IMG/VR virus record: IMGVR_UViG_3300035150_000119
Coordinates: 1 to 54,570 of that record
Length of the DNA stretch: 54,570 bases
Source: a virus
Lineage: Duplodnaviria > Caudoviricetes
Direction: 5' to 3' (one strand)
The notes beneath the pieces are model-generated. The model ran no database searches and had not been told where the DNA came from. It saw nothing but the letters and a program-made list of their open reading frames with translations. The position numbers and the translations under genes are program-made. Positions 15,901-26,493 of the stretch are shown here, in pieces (the first letter of the stretch is position 1; each line of letters starts with the position of its first letter).

Positions 15901-17031
15901 CTAAAATCCTTTTTTTACAAGTTGAATTGCTTGTTCATTAGTACTGTAACATTCTTTTCTTACTAATTCTAATGTTGACATATATCCGGAATCAGAATCA
16001 AAATCTAAATTAACAGCATTAATTAACATCAATTCATCAATCTCAAATTTACTATCTTTTACTTTTACTAATCGATTTGGTTTCCATATCTTTCCTGAAT
16101 TAACTTCAGTCCAACCTTCAAGCGTATAGTTAATCAATAATCCTTTTGCACGTCTTATATTCGCTTCATACAAACTTCGTTTGATACAATCTTCAATTGT
16201 TTGTGCTGTATCAGAGAGCATAATATAAGGCCTGAATCTATTACGCAACTCAGCATCTTCAACCTTTTTTTTATTTCTATAACTCCCAGCTTTTTCTTTT
16301 TCGATCCATTCTTGCTCTTGATCTACTTCATATAGCTTATCCGGTTTTATTTCTGCTTTCGTTATATAATTACTATACCTATCAGTCAAAGAACTGCCCA
16401 TTTGAGCGCTTAATATATTTGTGTCTGTTAATATATCAGAACTAATATCACTCAAAGTTGGTTGCGTTAGAAATAGTTTTCCATCTGAATTAGTAATTAC
16501 AAGAATACCTAATTTTACACATTCATCAACTATAAGATCAGCAACAGACCTACCTTGATCAACAGTATAATTTTCTAGTTTTGTATTAACTAAACTTTGA
16601 ACTGTTGGATCAACTTCTATTTCGATAGAAAACGGATCACACAATTTTTTAAATATATCTATAAGTTTTTGATCTTTAAATTCATTTTCAGTCTCAGAAA
16701 AATAACAACAATCTACAATATCACTTGTTTTATCACGCAAATAAAATTCTATATCACTACTGTTTGCATCATAATTTATACCAACTCGATCTATATACCC
16801 AGTACTAATTTTTTCATTATCAATCATGGCAATATATTGGTTTCCTTTTTTTAGTTTCCATTCTCCATTTTTTGAAGATTTATAAAGCCCTAATTCTTTT
16901 TCAAAAAAATTTAATGTACTTAATGATATTTCACTGCAAATATTTTCCATACTCATTCTTATATTCATTCTTTCCCAACAATCTTGATATTTGAATCCAT
17001 TAGAAATAATTGAAATAACATTATTATTCAT
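15901..17031 (-). CDS. Baseplate hub, Mu gpP/gp44-like
   Basis: GYID.V, RDKT.DIVDC, R.RP, W.PN..V.V.D. Confidence 0.88.
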   Translation of the reverse strand: MNNNVISIISNGFKYQDCWERMNIRMSMENICSEISLSTLNFFEKELGLYKSSKNGEWKLKKGNQYIAMIDNEKISTGYIDRVGINYDANSSDIEFYLRDKTSDIVDCCYFSETENEFKDQKLIDIFKKLCDPFSIEIEVDPTVQSLVNTKLENYTVDQGRSVADLIVDECVKLGILVITNSDGKLFLTQPTLSDISSDILTDTNILSAQMGSSLTDRYSNYITKAEIKPDKLYEVDQEQEWIEKEKAGSYRNKKKVEDAELRNRFRPYIMLSDTAQTIEDCIKRSLYEANIRRAKGLLINYTLEGWTEVNSGKIWKPNRLVKVKDSKFEIDELMLINAVNLDFDSDSGYMSTLELVRKECYSTNEQAIQLVKKGF

Positions 17032-18487
17032 CTAATATCCTTATTATTTCATTGTTCGGCATAAATCCGGGATGCTGAATTATAGGTTTATTTTTTTGAA
17101 AAATTTCAAAACTTCTCTCTAAATCATTATATTTATTATATGCTAATTCTAATGTTGTCTCTATATCAATAGGTATTCTATAATTGATCGCTTTTGTTAT
17201 AGAACTAGATTTCAACATCATATTGTCAGTGAATGTCTTTTTTATATCCTGTATACAAAGAAAAATATCTTTATTATCAATAGGTTCAGTACCGGATCCA
17301 ACACCAATAGCGCTAGAACCATACGCAGCCTCAGCACCTAGATCATCAAGAACATTATCAATCATAGTATTTATTTCTTCTAGATATTCTAATAAATCTT
17401 CTTGCCCAAAAAAATTAATCCTTATCGCTATTCTACATATAGTTGCTATTATTTGAAATTTAAATGTATCCAATAATAAAATTATATTTTTTTCTTGAAA
17501 ACTCGGTGTTAATGCGAGTTGCGTCATATCATAATTATTAACAATATTAATCATATTCCTTATGACTGATTTTCCAAGAATTACATCAATATTATTAGGA
17601 TCAAGTTCAACAACATTCCCCCTTACAACTCCGGAATAATTACCGGTTTCTCCGCCTGTAATATTAGTACTCAGAGTAATTTTATCGGCAAAATTATCTT
17701 TAGCCCTATCTTCAACAGCTAATCCATTATCGCTCGCATAACCTTTCTCAATTTGTTCAGCTAGTAAAATACTACTCATACCACACACACTAGCCATACT
17801 ATAACATGAATTTTTCAACGCATTAAAAACATCATTAGGAGTATTTATAATATCGCTAATAGAGTTTCTAATCAATGATACATTACCGGCAGATTCATTA
17901 ATTATTTTTGTTGCTATTCCATTTGTAAAACTTAATCCTGATTGTATTGTCCCTATTGTTCTACCAATTGCATTAGATAATGTATCTTGAAATAATGAAA
18001 CTGTACTATATGCATTATAAAAAGCATCGCCAACCATATCCATAGCCTCATTAATGGCTTTATCAACAGCACTAAAAAAATCAGTTAAGCTTTTAGGTAA
18101 TGCTCTTTTCCCTTTTTCCGTGAATGTAATTGTGAATTTAGCAATACCGCCTTCATCGAAAGTTTCTTTTAATGAAAATTGCCCGTCAACTCCTACTTTT
18201 TTTATCCCCAAAAACGGATGAATAAGAGTGCCGGCACTTCCCTGTCTTAATACCCTTATCAAATTATCTCTTTCAGTGAAATAATCAAATTCATTTTCAA
18301 TATTTTGAATAATATAGGCTTCAATTGTAAAAGATTCAGCTTCTTTCCCAAAATCCTGGAGGTATGGCGTCTCTCTATTCGCAAATTGTTTTAGTTGTGT
18401 TCTTCTTCCAGACGAATAATCATGTGATGACATTTTGAATGGAATATTCTTATAACTTGCATCAACTAATCTGTCTCTCCAACTCAT
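17024..18487 (-). CDS. Mu gpN-like 'DNA circularization' tail protein
   Basis: WRDRL..ASY..IPF, GTLIHP..G, C-terminal HPGF.P. Confidence 0.9.
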   Translation of the reverse strand: MSWRDRLVDASYKNIPFKMSSHDYSSGRRTQLKQFANRETPYLQDFGKEAESFTIEAYIIQNIENEFDYFTERDNLIRVLRQGSAGTLIHPFLGIKKVGVDGQFSLKETFDEGGIAKFTITFTEKGKRALPKSLTDFFSAVDKAINEAMDMVGDAFYNAYSTVSLFQDTLSNAIGRTIGTIQSGLSFTNGIATKIINESAGNVSLIRNSISDIINTPNDVFNALKNSCYSMASVCGMSSILLAEQIEKGYASDNGLAVEDRAKDNFADKITLSTNITGGETGNYSGVVRGNVVELDPNNIDVILGKSVIRNMINIVNNYDMTQLALTPSFQEKNIILLLDTFKFQIIATICRIAIRINFFGQEDLLEYLEEINTMIDNVLDDLGAEAAYGSSAIGVGSGTEPIDNKDIFLCIQDIKKTFTDNMMLKSSSITKAINYRIPIDIETTLELAYNKYNDLERSFEIFQKNKPIIQHPGFMPNNEIIRILDE

Positions 18488-20196
18488 TAATGACTCCATC
18501 CTCTAAGATTACTATCAGATTGTATCTTTTTTTTCATTTTACCGGTACTTTTTACTCTATCAATTGTAGCAACTGAACCGTCTTCGGCTGAGACCTTAAC
18601 ATTTACATATACAATATTTTTTTCAGCCATTCCGCCTTTAAATTTTTTAAACATCTCATCCATGTTTAATAATGTTTTTTTCTCTTTCTTTTTTTCTTCT
18701 TCTTTTTTCTTTTTTTCTTCTTTTTCAGCTTCTTTTTTCTTTTGATTTTCAAGCTTACCCGGTTTTGTTTCAAACAACCATTTTAATACAGGATTATTTT
18801 TAGCCCAATCTGTGAAGGCTATCCAAAGTTCTTTTATTTTACCTATTGCTATTTTAAATGCTCCAACAATTCCAGCCCAAAGTTCTTTCAAAAATTTAGT
18901 TATACCCCATTCTTCTAATTTCCCCAATAACCAACTCATAAAAGTATTCCATACTTCACTAATTTTATTTATTACTGCGAAAAAAATATTTACAATACTT
19001 CTCCATAAAAAAGTAAAGAATTTTTTTAATCTTTCCCAATTCCTTATAATTAGAATTGGCAATAATAAAAATGGTGCAAACGCTGCAATAAGTATAAAAA
19101 TTATACGTGGCATCCTTTTAATATAATCAACAAATTTTTTCCATTTATCTGTTGTCCATGATGTAATTTTACCCCAATTTTTTATCACTACAATTATTAA
19201 TATTATAGCAGCAACAACAGCTAATATTATTCCAGTTATCAATAATCCTTGTGGTGTTACAAGAAACTTAACAACTTTCATAAGTGTTCCTATTGAACTT
19301 ATAAGTTTTCCTATAATAAATGTCAGCGGCCCAATTGCTGCGGTAATAGCCAATATAATCAAAATTATTTTTTTAGCTCTTGGACTTAAAGCATTAAACC
19401 TTTGTATCCATTCATTCATTTTTGTAATAACTTTTGTAAAAATTGGCAACAATATTTGGCCGAAGCTATTTGCCAATTCTTTTAGAGACTCTTGCATAAT
19501 TCTCATCTGATTAGCAGCACCGCCGCCAGTTCTCAAAAAATCTCCATGAGCATTAGCAGATTTTGACATAACATAATTGTATCGAAGCATTACCTTTTCT
19601 GTTTGTGTCATATCTTTAATCTTTTTTGTAATACCTTTTGAATAAGCGAACTCTTGCAGATTAACCTCAGTCATTACAATACCAAGCTTTTTCAAACTTT
19701 CAGTTTCTCCAGTATAAATTGAAGCCAATGCAGTTTGAGCTTGTTCAATTCGTATATTTTTGAAACTCGCTAAATCTCCTGCTAATCCAACCAATGACGT
19801 AGACATTTCTTCCGCTACATCTGTTGTAAGCCCCATAGAAGTGGACATATCACCAAAAAGTGCAGCCATATCCAATGCGCTACCTTGTGCAATACCAAAA
19901 TTTTTTAATGTAGTTTTACTCCATTCTTTTACACCTTCGGCATTATCGCCAAATGCGACTTCAACTTTGTTCATAGATTCGGTAAAATCAGATGCAAATT
20001 TTATACTCGCAGTTCCAGCAGCAATAATCGGCAACGTAATAAAAGTAGTCATCTTTTGACCAATATTTGATAATTTATCACCAACTTTTTTAGTTTTTTC
20101 ACCAAATTTTTCTAACTTACCCGCCATTTTTTGCATCGGGACTGACATTTTGTCGATTGCTCTGAATATTACTGATAGATCAAATGTTGACGCCAT
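18487..20196 (-). CDS. Tape measure protein
   Basis: Position, helical Ala/Gly-rich repeats, TM segments, W/F-spaced repeats. Confidence 0.9.
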   Translation of the reverse strand: MASTFDLSVIFRAIDKMSVPMQKMAGKLEKFGEKTKKVGDKLSNIGQKMTTFITLPIIAAGTASIKFASDFTESMNKVEVAFGDNAEGVKEWSKTTLKNFGIAQGSALDMAALFGDMSTSMGLTTDVAEEMSTSLVGLAGDLASFKNIRIEQAQTALASIYTGETESLKKLGIVMTEVNLQEFAYSKGITKKIKDMTQTEKVMLRYNYVMSKSANAHGDFLRTGGGAANQMRIMQESLKELANSFGQILLPIFTKVITKMNEWIQRFNALSPRAKKIILIILAITAAIGPLTFIIGKLISSIGTLMKVVKFLVTPQGLLITGIILAVVAAIILIIVVIKNWGKITSWTTDKWKKFVDYIKRMPRIIFILIAAFAPFLLLPILIIRNWERLKKFFTFLWRSIVNIFFAVINKISEVWNTFMSWLLGKLEEWGITKFLKELWAGIVGAFKIAIGKIKELWIAFTDWAKNNPVLKWLFETKPGKLENQKKKEAEKEEKKKKEEEKKKEKKTLLNMDEMFKKFKGGMAEKNIVYVNVKVSAEDGSVATIDRVKSTGKMKKKIQSDSNLRGWSH

Positions 20197-20664
20197 TATT
20201 ATTAATACTCCTGTTTATTTCATCCGCCTCTTCTACCCATTCTAAAAATTCATCAAGATATAAATTATTTATCTCTGATGGTTGAAAATGAAACGTGCCA
20301 GCTAATATCGTTTTCCCTTTTCTCCAATTCTTCGGGATGCTTAATTTTTTTTTTCAGTGTCTTTTGGAAAAACTTCTTCTAAAACTTCTATAACAGATTC
20401 AATATCCTCAAAATCAACATCTCGCATAGTTTCTTCCGGCACATTAAATATCCCGGCAAGAAACGGAATTAAATCTTTGAATACCGGCAACATTTCGCTT
20501 GCAGAAAATTCTAATTTTCCTTTTTCATTAGCTTTCGCCAATAGGCTTTCAGGAAGAAGTTCAAAATGTTTAACTTTTAATCTACTCGGTGTTAAATATT
20601 TTATCTCTTCCTCTTTCCCATTTCTTATAATTTTCACAGGATATTTTAATTCAACTGAATTCAT
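20180..20664 (-). CDS. Tail assembly chaperone (20341..20664) plus -1 frameshift extension (GpE'-like) to 20180
   Basis: A10 run at 20345-20354 just before TAA; -1 frame reads ...IPKNWRKGKTILAGTFHFQPSEINNL...EW. Confidence 0.85.
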
Positions 20665-20675
20665 AATCTCTCCTA

Positions 20676-21065
20676 TTATTGAACGCTTTCAGTCCAATAA
20701 GCACCTACAAATTTAATAGGCGTTTCGCCTTCGCCACCGGTAATATTGAAATTTCTTGTACACGTTGCGCCTTCCATTGTGTAGGATTTACCTCCGCCAG
20801 CTGCTCTGAATATTACAGTTCCGTTACCTCTTATTTTAGCCAAATCACTTAATTTAACGTCGTCCCTGTCTGTTATTGTTACTTCCAGCATTGCATTGAT
20901 AGGTTCTTCAACAAACCCATGCAAGCCTGTATCACCATTAACGGGCTTTAATTCAAAATTAGGTTCTCCGCTTAATCCTAACCCAGACGCAACAGCACCG
21001 GCCTTATTCAAAAGCGGTACACTATTTACCAGCACTTCTATTCTTCCGGTTATTCTTCTGCTCAT
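20676..21065 (-). CDS. Tail tube protein (Mu gpM-like)
   Basis: G..G.HG..E.P motif; between sheath and chaperone. Confidence 0.85.
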   Translation of the reverse strand: MSRRITGRIEVLVNSVPLLNKAGAVASGLGLSGEPNFELKPVNGDTGLHGFVEEPINAMLEVTITDRDDVKLSDLAKIRGNGTVIFRAAGGGKSYTMEGATCTRNFNITGGEGETPIKFVGAYWTESVQ

Positions 21066-21077
21066 AGTTATACCTCC

Positions 21078-22589
21078 TTATAAAATATATTGTATTAGTC
21101 CCGCTAAAATTCTGAACTGATTAATCAAATCAGGTGGCAATAATACATCTACTCTATTAACATCAGTTTTATTTCTTTCAACAATAAGATTGTCAATAAA
21201 ATCATTAAGATTTTCAATCAGCCCCTGATCTCTCAAATTGGTAAATAGACTAATACTCTCAGCCTTGACATCCTTCGGTCTTACTATATTCATGCCTGTT
21301 TGTACGGGATAAGAATCATCAGCTAATTTTTGTCTTGTCTGAATAAATCTAGTAATCATTCTGGCTTTATACTGATACCTTATTTCAGCTAACGTAAACA
21401 ATGTTTGAATATCCAAATAACTTGGGTCTGGAATTCCAAGAGCGTTAGTTTGATACGTTGTAATAACCCGTTCAAGTAATACATTACCCGTGCTATCGAC
21501 TGTAAAAGTACTAATACCATCATATAACAGAATATCTCTTTCCTCTCGTGTAAATCTATTTTCTGTTGGAGGAGGTAGGACTCCTTTCAATTTCAATGTA
21601 TGTAATGGCCTAGCTGGATCATTGTTAAGATTATAACTTGCTTGTGCGCCTAATGCTGCGGCCCATTCGGCCGGATCAGTTGGCGAATCATAAGCGCCTA
21701 TTATAGTAGTGAAAGGGGAATTTCTTGCATTACCCGCAGTTGTACAATCCGCTTGTGTTGCTCTTATTGCCGTATATCCATGCCCCTGTTTATCTTCAAG
21801 TGGTTTGAATCTATCAGCTAATTCGGATTCTAATGCATCAAGATTAGTATCATCTTCCCATGGAGTTATTATATGCTGAAATTGTTCACTCTCGATTACT
21901 GTCCAAGCATCTGTTATATCAGGAGCGCCAACACCTCCAGCAAATCCTGTCGCAGTTATACTATTGCCGTTAAAACATGTAGGGAAACTCTGACCTTCAA
22001 GATAATTAAATCTAAGATTAAAATTATTACCAACGCTTCCGACATCAACACATTGTAGTATTACAAAGCTTTCTCCAACTGCATTACTTGCTATTGCTCC
22101 AACATTACTATTAGCATTAATTAACGCTACTAATGCAGATGCAATTTGACAATTACTCCAGCCTGATGTTAATGGCAAATCAAAAGCACTGCCATTAATC
22201 ATAACATGTAATTGTTCATTATTAGTGCTAACTACTCCAGTTGCATGCGATAATGAATTTGAAAAATAAATTACACCTGATGCATTAACAGTTAATGCAT
22301 CCCCGCTAAGAGCCATTGCATATACTTCTGTAATATTATTATTACCCTTGAAAATATTACACATTCTTGCTAAATTAGACCCAACTCCAAAATATCCATC
22401 AGCTAAATTATCTCGGCTAATTGCATAAAGAGTATTCAACACTGCATTGCCTTCTGTAATATGTTTCTGCCCAAGAATAAGCACTTTGTGCGGATTACTA
22501 ATCAGTCCTTTTATCGCTCTGCTATTATCAATCTCAATATAAGCACCCGGCGTTCTTGTCGTATTAGGAATATTATTGAAACTAATCAT
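21078..22589 (-). CDS. Contractile tail sheath (Mu gpL-like)
   Basis: ISFN.IP...R.PG.Y.E.DNS, DPARPL.TL, PPDLINQFR. Confidence 0.95.
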   Translation of the reverse strand: MISFNNIPNTTRTPGAYIEIDNSRAIKGLISNPHKVLILGQKHITEGNAVLNTLYAISRDNLADGYFGVGSNLARMCNIFKGNNNITEVYAMALSGDALTVNASGVIYFSNSLSHATGVVSTNNEQLHVMINGSAFDLPLTSGWSNCQIASALVALINANSNVGAIASNAVGESFVILQCVDVGSVGNNFNLRFNYLEGQSFPTCFNGNSITATGFAGGVGAPDITDAWTVIESEQFQHIITPWEDDTNLDALESELADRFKPLEDKQGHGYTAIRATQADCTTAGNARNSPFTTIIGAYDSPTDPAEWAAALGAQASYNLNNDPARPLHTLKLKGVLPPPTENRFTREERDILLYDGISTFTVDSTGNVLLERVITTYQTNALGIPDPSYLDIQTLFTLAEIRYQYKARMITRFIQTRQKLADDSYPVQTGMNIVRPKDVKAESISLFTNLRDQGLIENLNDFIDNLIVERNKTDVNRVDVLLPPDLINQFRILAGLIQYIL

Positions 22590-22819
22590 TATCTTCCTCC
22601 TCTTCTATTTCTATTATTAGATTCATTATTATTAGATTCAGGTGTTTCAGGTTGTTCTGTTATTATGCAACTCCCGTCTTTAACTCTCCTTCTCCAATAT
22701 ATACCTTCTCTTCCAATCCATGGTTTTAATTCGCCATTTTCATTCAAAGGTATTTTACTAATTGGGTCTCTAATAATAATTTTTTGATTTTTTGGTTTAA
22801 TAAATTTATATCCTTCCAT
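22589..22819 (-). CDS. DUF2635/Mu gp38-like protein
   Basis: IRDP...L...G, YWRRR..DG. Confidence 0.85.
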   Translation of the reverse strand: MEGYKFIKPKNQKIIIRDPISKIPLNENGELKPWIGREGIYWRRRVKDGSCIITEQPETPESNNNESNNRNRRGGR

Positions 22820-22829
22820 AATTCCTCCT

Positions 22830-23549
22830 TTATGTAAAATCTAAATCAAATCCTGTTGCAAAAGCTCTTGAAAAAGCACCTGCATCCGGATTTTTTGTTA
22901 AATCTATCCAATTTGCCATATTTGGCAATGTAACATCTGGAAAATCGTCAGGGAATGGCATATCACCATCCTCGCCAAACTTATTTTTATACGGTATTCT
23001 TGAATCTGGCGTATTAATCAATTGCATATATATCGTGTTAAAAGGCACAGGCTCTTCAGTATCATCAAAATAACTATCTTGTATGATTGCATCTCCAGTA
23101 ACGTGACCTTGTGAAGTTACCTCATCTACAATTCTGGAATCATATTCAAACTCAAATTGATACCAGAGATATGCATTATTAACATCAATAAGCTTCCCCC
23201 CTCGATAACATACCGGACATTCCGCACCGATTGGCATCCATCCTACTAATGCACGAATTAAATCATTTCTTATTTCATGCAATTTATCGTAAGATAAAAA
23301 TCCTAACTTATCGGTTTGACTCGAATCATTAGCTAATGCTACAACAACGCCAAATCTTTCTATTATTCTTTGATTGATAGATGTATCATACTGATTTTTA
23401 CCGGCATCATCAACCAATGGGATTACAAATGCCATGTCTTTTTTTAAAGTATTGCTTATAGCTAAATCTAATTCCGCAGTTCCGCCAACATAATTATCAA
23501 AATAAGTTTTTTTACTTCTTATTCTTAATACAATTTGTCCTAATCTCAC
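22830..23549 (-). CDS. Tail terminator/completion protein
   Basis: AFVIPL, ALVGW.P, GG.L....LWYQFEF. Confidence 0.8.
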   Translation of the reverse strand: MRLGQIVLRIRSKKTYFDNYVGGTAELDLAISNTLKKDMAFVIPLVDDAGKNQYDTSINQRIIERFGVVVALANDSSQTDKLGFLSYDKLHEIRNDLIRALVGWMPIGAECPVCYRGGKLIDVNNAYLWYQFEFEYDSRIVDEVTSQGHVTGDAIIQDSYFDDTEEPVPFNTIYMQLINTPDSRIPYKNKFGEDGDMPFPDDFPDVTLPNMANWIDLTKNPDAGAFSRAFATGFDLDFT

Positions 23550-24010
23550 CCTTTCAACCTCCTACCCGCAAATCTCTCAGCTGTTATTCTATTTATAATT
23601 CGACGTTTCCATTTACTTCTTTCAATCGCAGGTCCAAAAAATGGTCTTTCTTCCATTTTTTTAGTTCCATCCTTTTTTTTAGTTCCTTTCTCCAACCATT
23701 TTGCATATTTAACATTATTTGTATACACTTCACTATAATCATAACCTTTATCCACATATATTCTATTCCATAAGTTACCTGTATCTACTTTAGGTGGAAA
23801 TCCCGGCAAACTTGCAGCATGAACTTTACCTTTACTTTTATATACTCGTCCACCACCGGGGCTACTTCTCATAGATTTTAGTATATCATTTTTGACATCA
23901 ACAGCAATTTTATGCAATTCATTAACAATTGCTTTTCTTCCTTCGCTTCCAAAGGCTTTAATGAATTTTAATATTTCTTCTTCATTTCTAACATCAATAT
24001 CAATTTTCAT
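23546..24010 (-). CDS. HK97 gp10-like tail component
   Basis: H.AS.PG.PP..DTG.L, YA..LE.GT, M..RPF..PA. Confidence 0.85.
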   Translation of the reverse strand: MKIDIDVRNEEEILKFIKAFGSEGRKAIVNELHKIAVDVKNDILKSMRSSPGGGRVYKSKGKVHAASLPGFPPKVDTGNLWNRIYVDKGYDYSEVYTNNVKYAKWLEKGTKKKDGTKKMEERPFFGPAIERSKWKRRIINRITAERFAGRRLKG

Positions 24011-24534
24011 TCGCTAGCTCCTAGCCCTCGCTCTTCATCCTCACTGCATTGGAAGATTACAAATTCTTTCAAATTATCATCCCTCACAATTCTATTAATT
24101 CGATATAATCTGCCTCTATAAGCATCACTATTGCCGGATTGTAAAAAAACAAAATAATCAGATTTAATTGGATACATATCTGTAAGACTATCAAAACCAT
24201 TATCATATCCAATACTAAACTTTCTGCCCATACCTCCATTTTCAAGACTGTCGACTCCAGATTCATATCCGCTATCAAAAGTTCTTTGAAATTTTGATAT
24301 AACACTGGAGAATCTTACTCCAAATTCATCCGTACTCATAGGAGAATTGTAATTGTATTGCTCAATATTACCGCCTCTTATAAGCATAAGATAACTTCCA
24401 ATAGATTTTTTCCATGCATGTAACGAAACTAATTTTTTATACTGTCTGGAAAAACCACCAAATTCATTAGGTGTATCAATTGCACGCATAATATGAATTC
24501 TATGTTTTAATTTTCCCGCAATATAACTTCTCAT
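24007..24534 (-). CDS. Head closure (head-tail adaptor) with internal insertion
   Basis: GKL.HRI.I...DEFGG-like N-terminus. Confidence 0.75.
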   Translation of the reverse strand: MRSYIAGKLKHRIHIMRAIDTPNEFGGFSRQYKKLVSLHAWKKSIGSYLMLIRGGNIEQYNYNSPMSTDEFGVRFSSVISKFQRTFDSGYESGVDSLENGGMGRKFSIGYDNGFDSLTDMYPIKSDYFVFLQSGNSDAYRGRLYRINRIVRDDNLKEFVIFQCSEDEERGLGASE

Positions 24535-25151
24535 ATCCTTGCTATCCTATAAGTTTTAAGTATTTTTTTTACCTCTGGTGGAGGCTCGTTTTTTAATGTT
24601 TCACTGTCAGTCATACTTCTATTCTCATAGATCATAGTAACCCATTGCATTATTGCAATTCGTATTTGTTTAGGAACGCTTGATGCATCATTTCCATATC
24701 CAGCCGTGAAGATTATTTCATACCCCCCGCTTTCTCTTTCACTATTCAAAGGCTTTTGAGAGTTTTTCTTAATTATTATTTTACCCGGAATACTTTCGGT
24801 TACAACATAATAATTATCAGAATCATATACAGTCTCATTACCATCCTCATCAATTGTTTTAATTGATTGTACTGAAATTAATGGAGGCATGGGTAATTCA
24901 ATTTCTTTATCATTCCATGCATCCATTATCATTTTATATTGTCTAGTAATAAGAGCTTTTTTTAGATACGCCTCAGTATCATTTACAACTCCGATTAGAA
25001 AAGATTCCAATATCGAATCCTCGTCATTCCCATCAATACGAGCGAATTCTTTAATTTCTTCAACTGTTACGGGATATGATTCAGGTTCAGTTATAATAAT
25101 CCAGTTTTTATTATCATTTTTGGAATCATTTTCTGTTATCATTAATATCAT
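24531..25151 (-). CDS. Head-tail connector protein
   Basis: PVT.EE.K...RID, ALIT, LP.PPL.SV, AGYG...VP. Confidence 0.88.
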   Translation of the reverse strand: MILMITENDSKNDNKNWIIITEPESYPVTVEEIKEFARIDGNDEDSILESFLIGVVNDTEAYLKKALITRQYKMIMDAWNDKEIELPMPPLISVQSIKTIDEDGNETVYDSDNYYVVTESIPGKIIIKKNSQKPLNSERESGGYEIIFTAGYGNDASSVPKQIRIAIMQWVTMIYENRSMTDSETLKNEPPPEVKKILKTYRIARI

Positions 25152-25437
25152 CCTTAGACTTATTATTAGTCGATTTATCTAACGCTTTATTCATAGGCGA
25201 ATTCAAAATATTTTTTTCTTCTTTTTTAGGCTTTATCTTTCGCTTATCAATTTCAACAAAATCTTTAATAACATTTAATTTTTTAAATGCTTGATATAAT
25301 TTATCAGGGATATTGTATACTTCATCCTTATAATAAGTTTCTATTGTATACCCGTTCGGACTTCCCTGTATAGTTTTAAGCATTTTAACCTTCATAAATT
25401 TCCTCCTATGATTCTGCATATCCTTCTCTTGTCTCAA
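25126..25437 (-). CDS. Small head-associated hypothetical protein (start probably the internal MKVKML)
   Basis: GGAGG RBS before MKVKMLKT; position. Confidence 0.6.
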   Translation of the reverse strand: MRQEKDMQNHRRKFMKVKMLKTIQGSPNGYTIETYYKDEVYNIPDKLYQAFKKLNVIKDFVEIDKRKIKPKKEEKNILNSPMNKALDKSTNNKSKDDINDNRK

Positions 25438-25912
25438 TTACACACCATTCATCATCCTCAAAACAGCGTAATCTTACCATAGCTTGACTATTACTGGAAT
25501 TTCTCATGTAAAAACCAGAAATATTCGCACCATGCGGACTCATTATTGAACAACCAGATCCAGATATCCATATTTTACCACTTTGTCCCGTCGCACTCCC
25601 GGGTCGCATTATAAGAAATACTTCCATTCCTGCAACACATGAAGTAACCCAGAATGATATATTTGTCCAATTAGACGTTGTCGAAAAAATTACAACGCCT
25701 ATACCTGACGTTAAATTTTTTTCCGTCAAAGATTGAGTATTAGCCATAGAAGGACGTAATAGTTGCATTGTTGTATACAAGGCGTTCCTTAATTGATTAC
25801 CGGTAACATCAGCTCCATCAACATTGAAATAACCGTCATCATCAATGAATATTCTTTCCGCACCTTGTTCAATTCCGACTTTTGTCATATATTTTCCATC
25901 TCTACCAGCCAT
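25406..25912 (-). CDS. Putative head decoration/fibre protein
   Basis: Position after capsid; TKV..EQG motif; Ser/Thr-rich. Confidence 0.6.
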   Translation of the reverse strand: MAGRDGKYMTKVGIEQGAERIFIDDDGYFNVDGADVTGNQLRNALYTTMQLLRPSMANTQSLTEKNLTSGIGVVIFSTTSNWTNISFWVTSCVAGMEVFLIMRPGSATGQSGKIWISGSGCSIMSPHGANISGFYMRNSSNSQAMVRLRCFEDDEWCVIETREGYAES

Positions 25913-25972
25913 TTTTTTCCTCCTTTTATATTTCGGACAGTAGAAATATATCTACGGTCCGATTTAAAATTA

Positions 25973-26482
25973 TTATGTATTAACCGGTTCATTTACAGGC
26001 CAATTAGCTGGTTCACCTAATACTGCTATTGCAGCCAACCACATTGCAGAAGCCGCACCAACGTTACTGATATTTAGTCTCAAATATCTATGTTTATTAT
26101 CTTTCTTGTATCCTACAATGTAAGTAGCACTATTACCACTTGCAGCAATATCACTAGCACTTGCTATACTCAAAAATTCTCCAGTACTGGCAGCTGAATC
26201 ATATCCACCAACAACACTATGAATTATCTGTGATAATGGCACGAGACTCCATGCTGATACACCCGCAGCGCTTGCTAATCCATGCATCAACTGAAATACT
26301 ACATAATCACCAGCGCCATTACCTAGCGATGCGTAAGATTTTATCATTATTGCTAATGTTACTGTATCGTATCCACGCATATCAATAGTTTGACCGCCGG
26401 CACTGCCAGCTGCATCAGTTGTTACATCTGGCGCCCATGCATGATAATACGCAAAATTTGAATAATTTTCTCTGTTTCCCAT
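25973..26482 (-). CDS. Putative capsid decoration protein
   Basis: G..ID..GYD, VGY....RYLRL, LG.P...PV; follows MCP. Confidence 0.7.
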   Translation of the reverse strand: MGNRENYSNFAYYHAWAPDVTTDAAGSAGGQTIDMRGYDTVTLAIMIKSYASLGNGAGDYVVFQLMHGLASAAGVSAWSLVPLSQIIHSVVGGYDSAASTGEFLSIASASDIAASGNSATYIVGYKKDNKHRYLRLNISNVGAASAMWLAAIAVLGEPANWPVNEPVNT

Positions 26483-26493
26483 TTTTTACCTCC

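Noticed and set aside
17024-22589. Mu-type transposable phage
   Set aside because: Only the tail is Mu-like; no MuA/MuB, and the head is HK97-type, a known mosaic
23748-23756. DnaA box TTATCCACA (another near 36530)
   Set aside because: Isolated single matches inside coding sequence, not clustered
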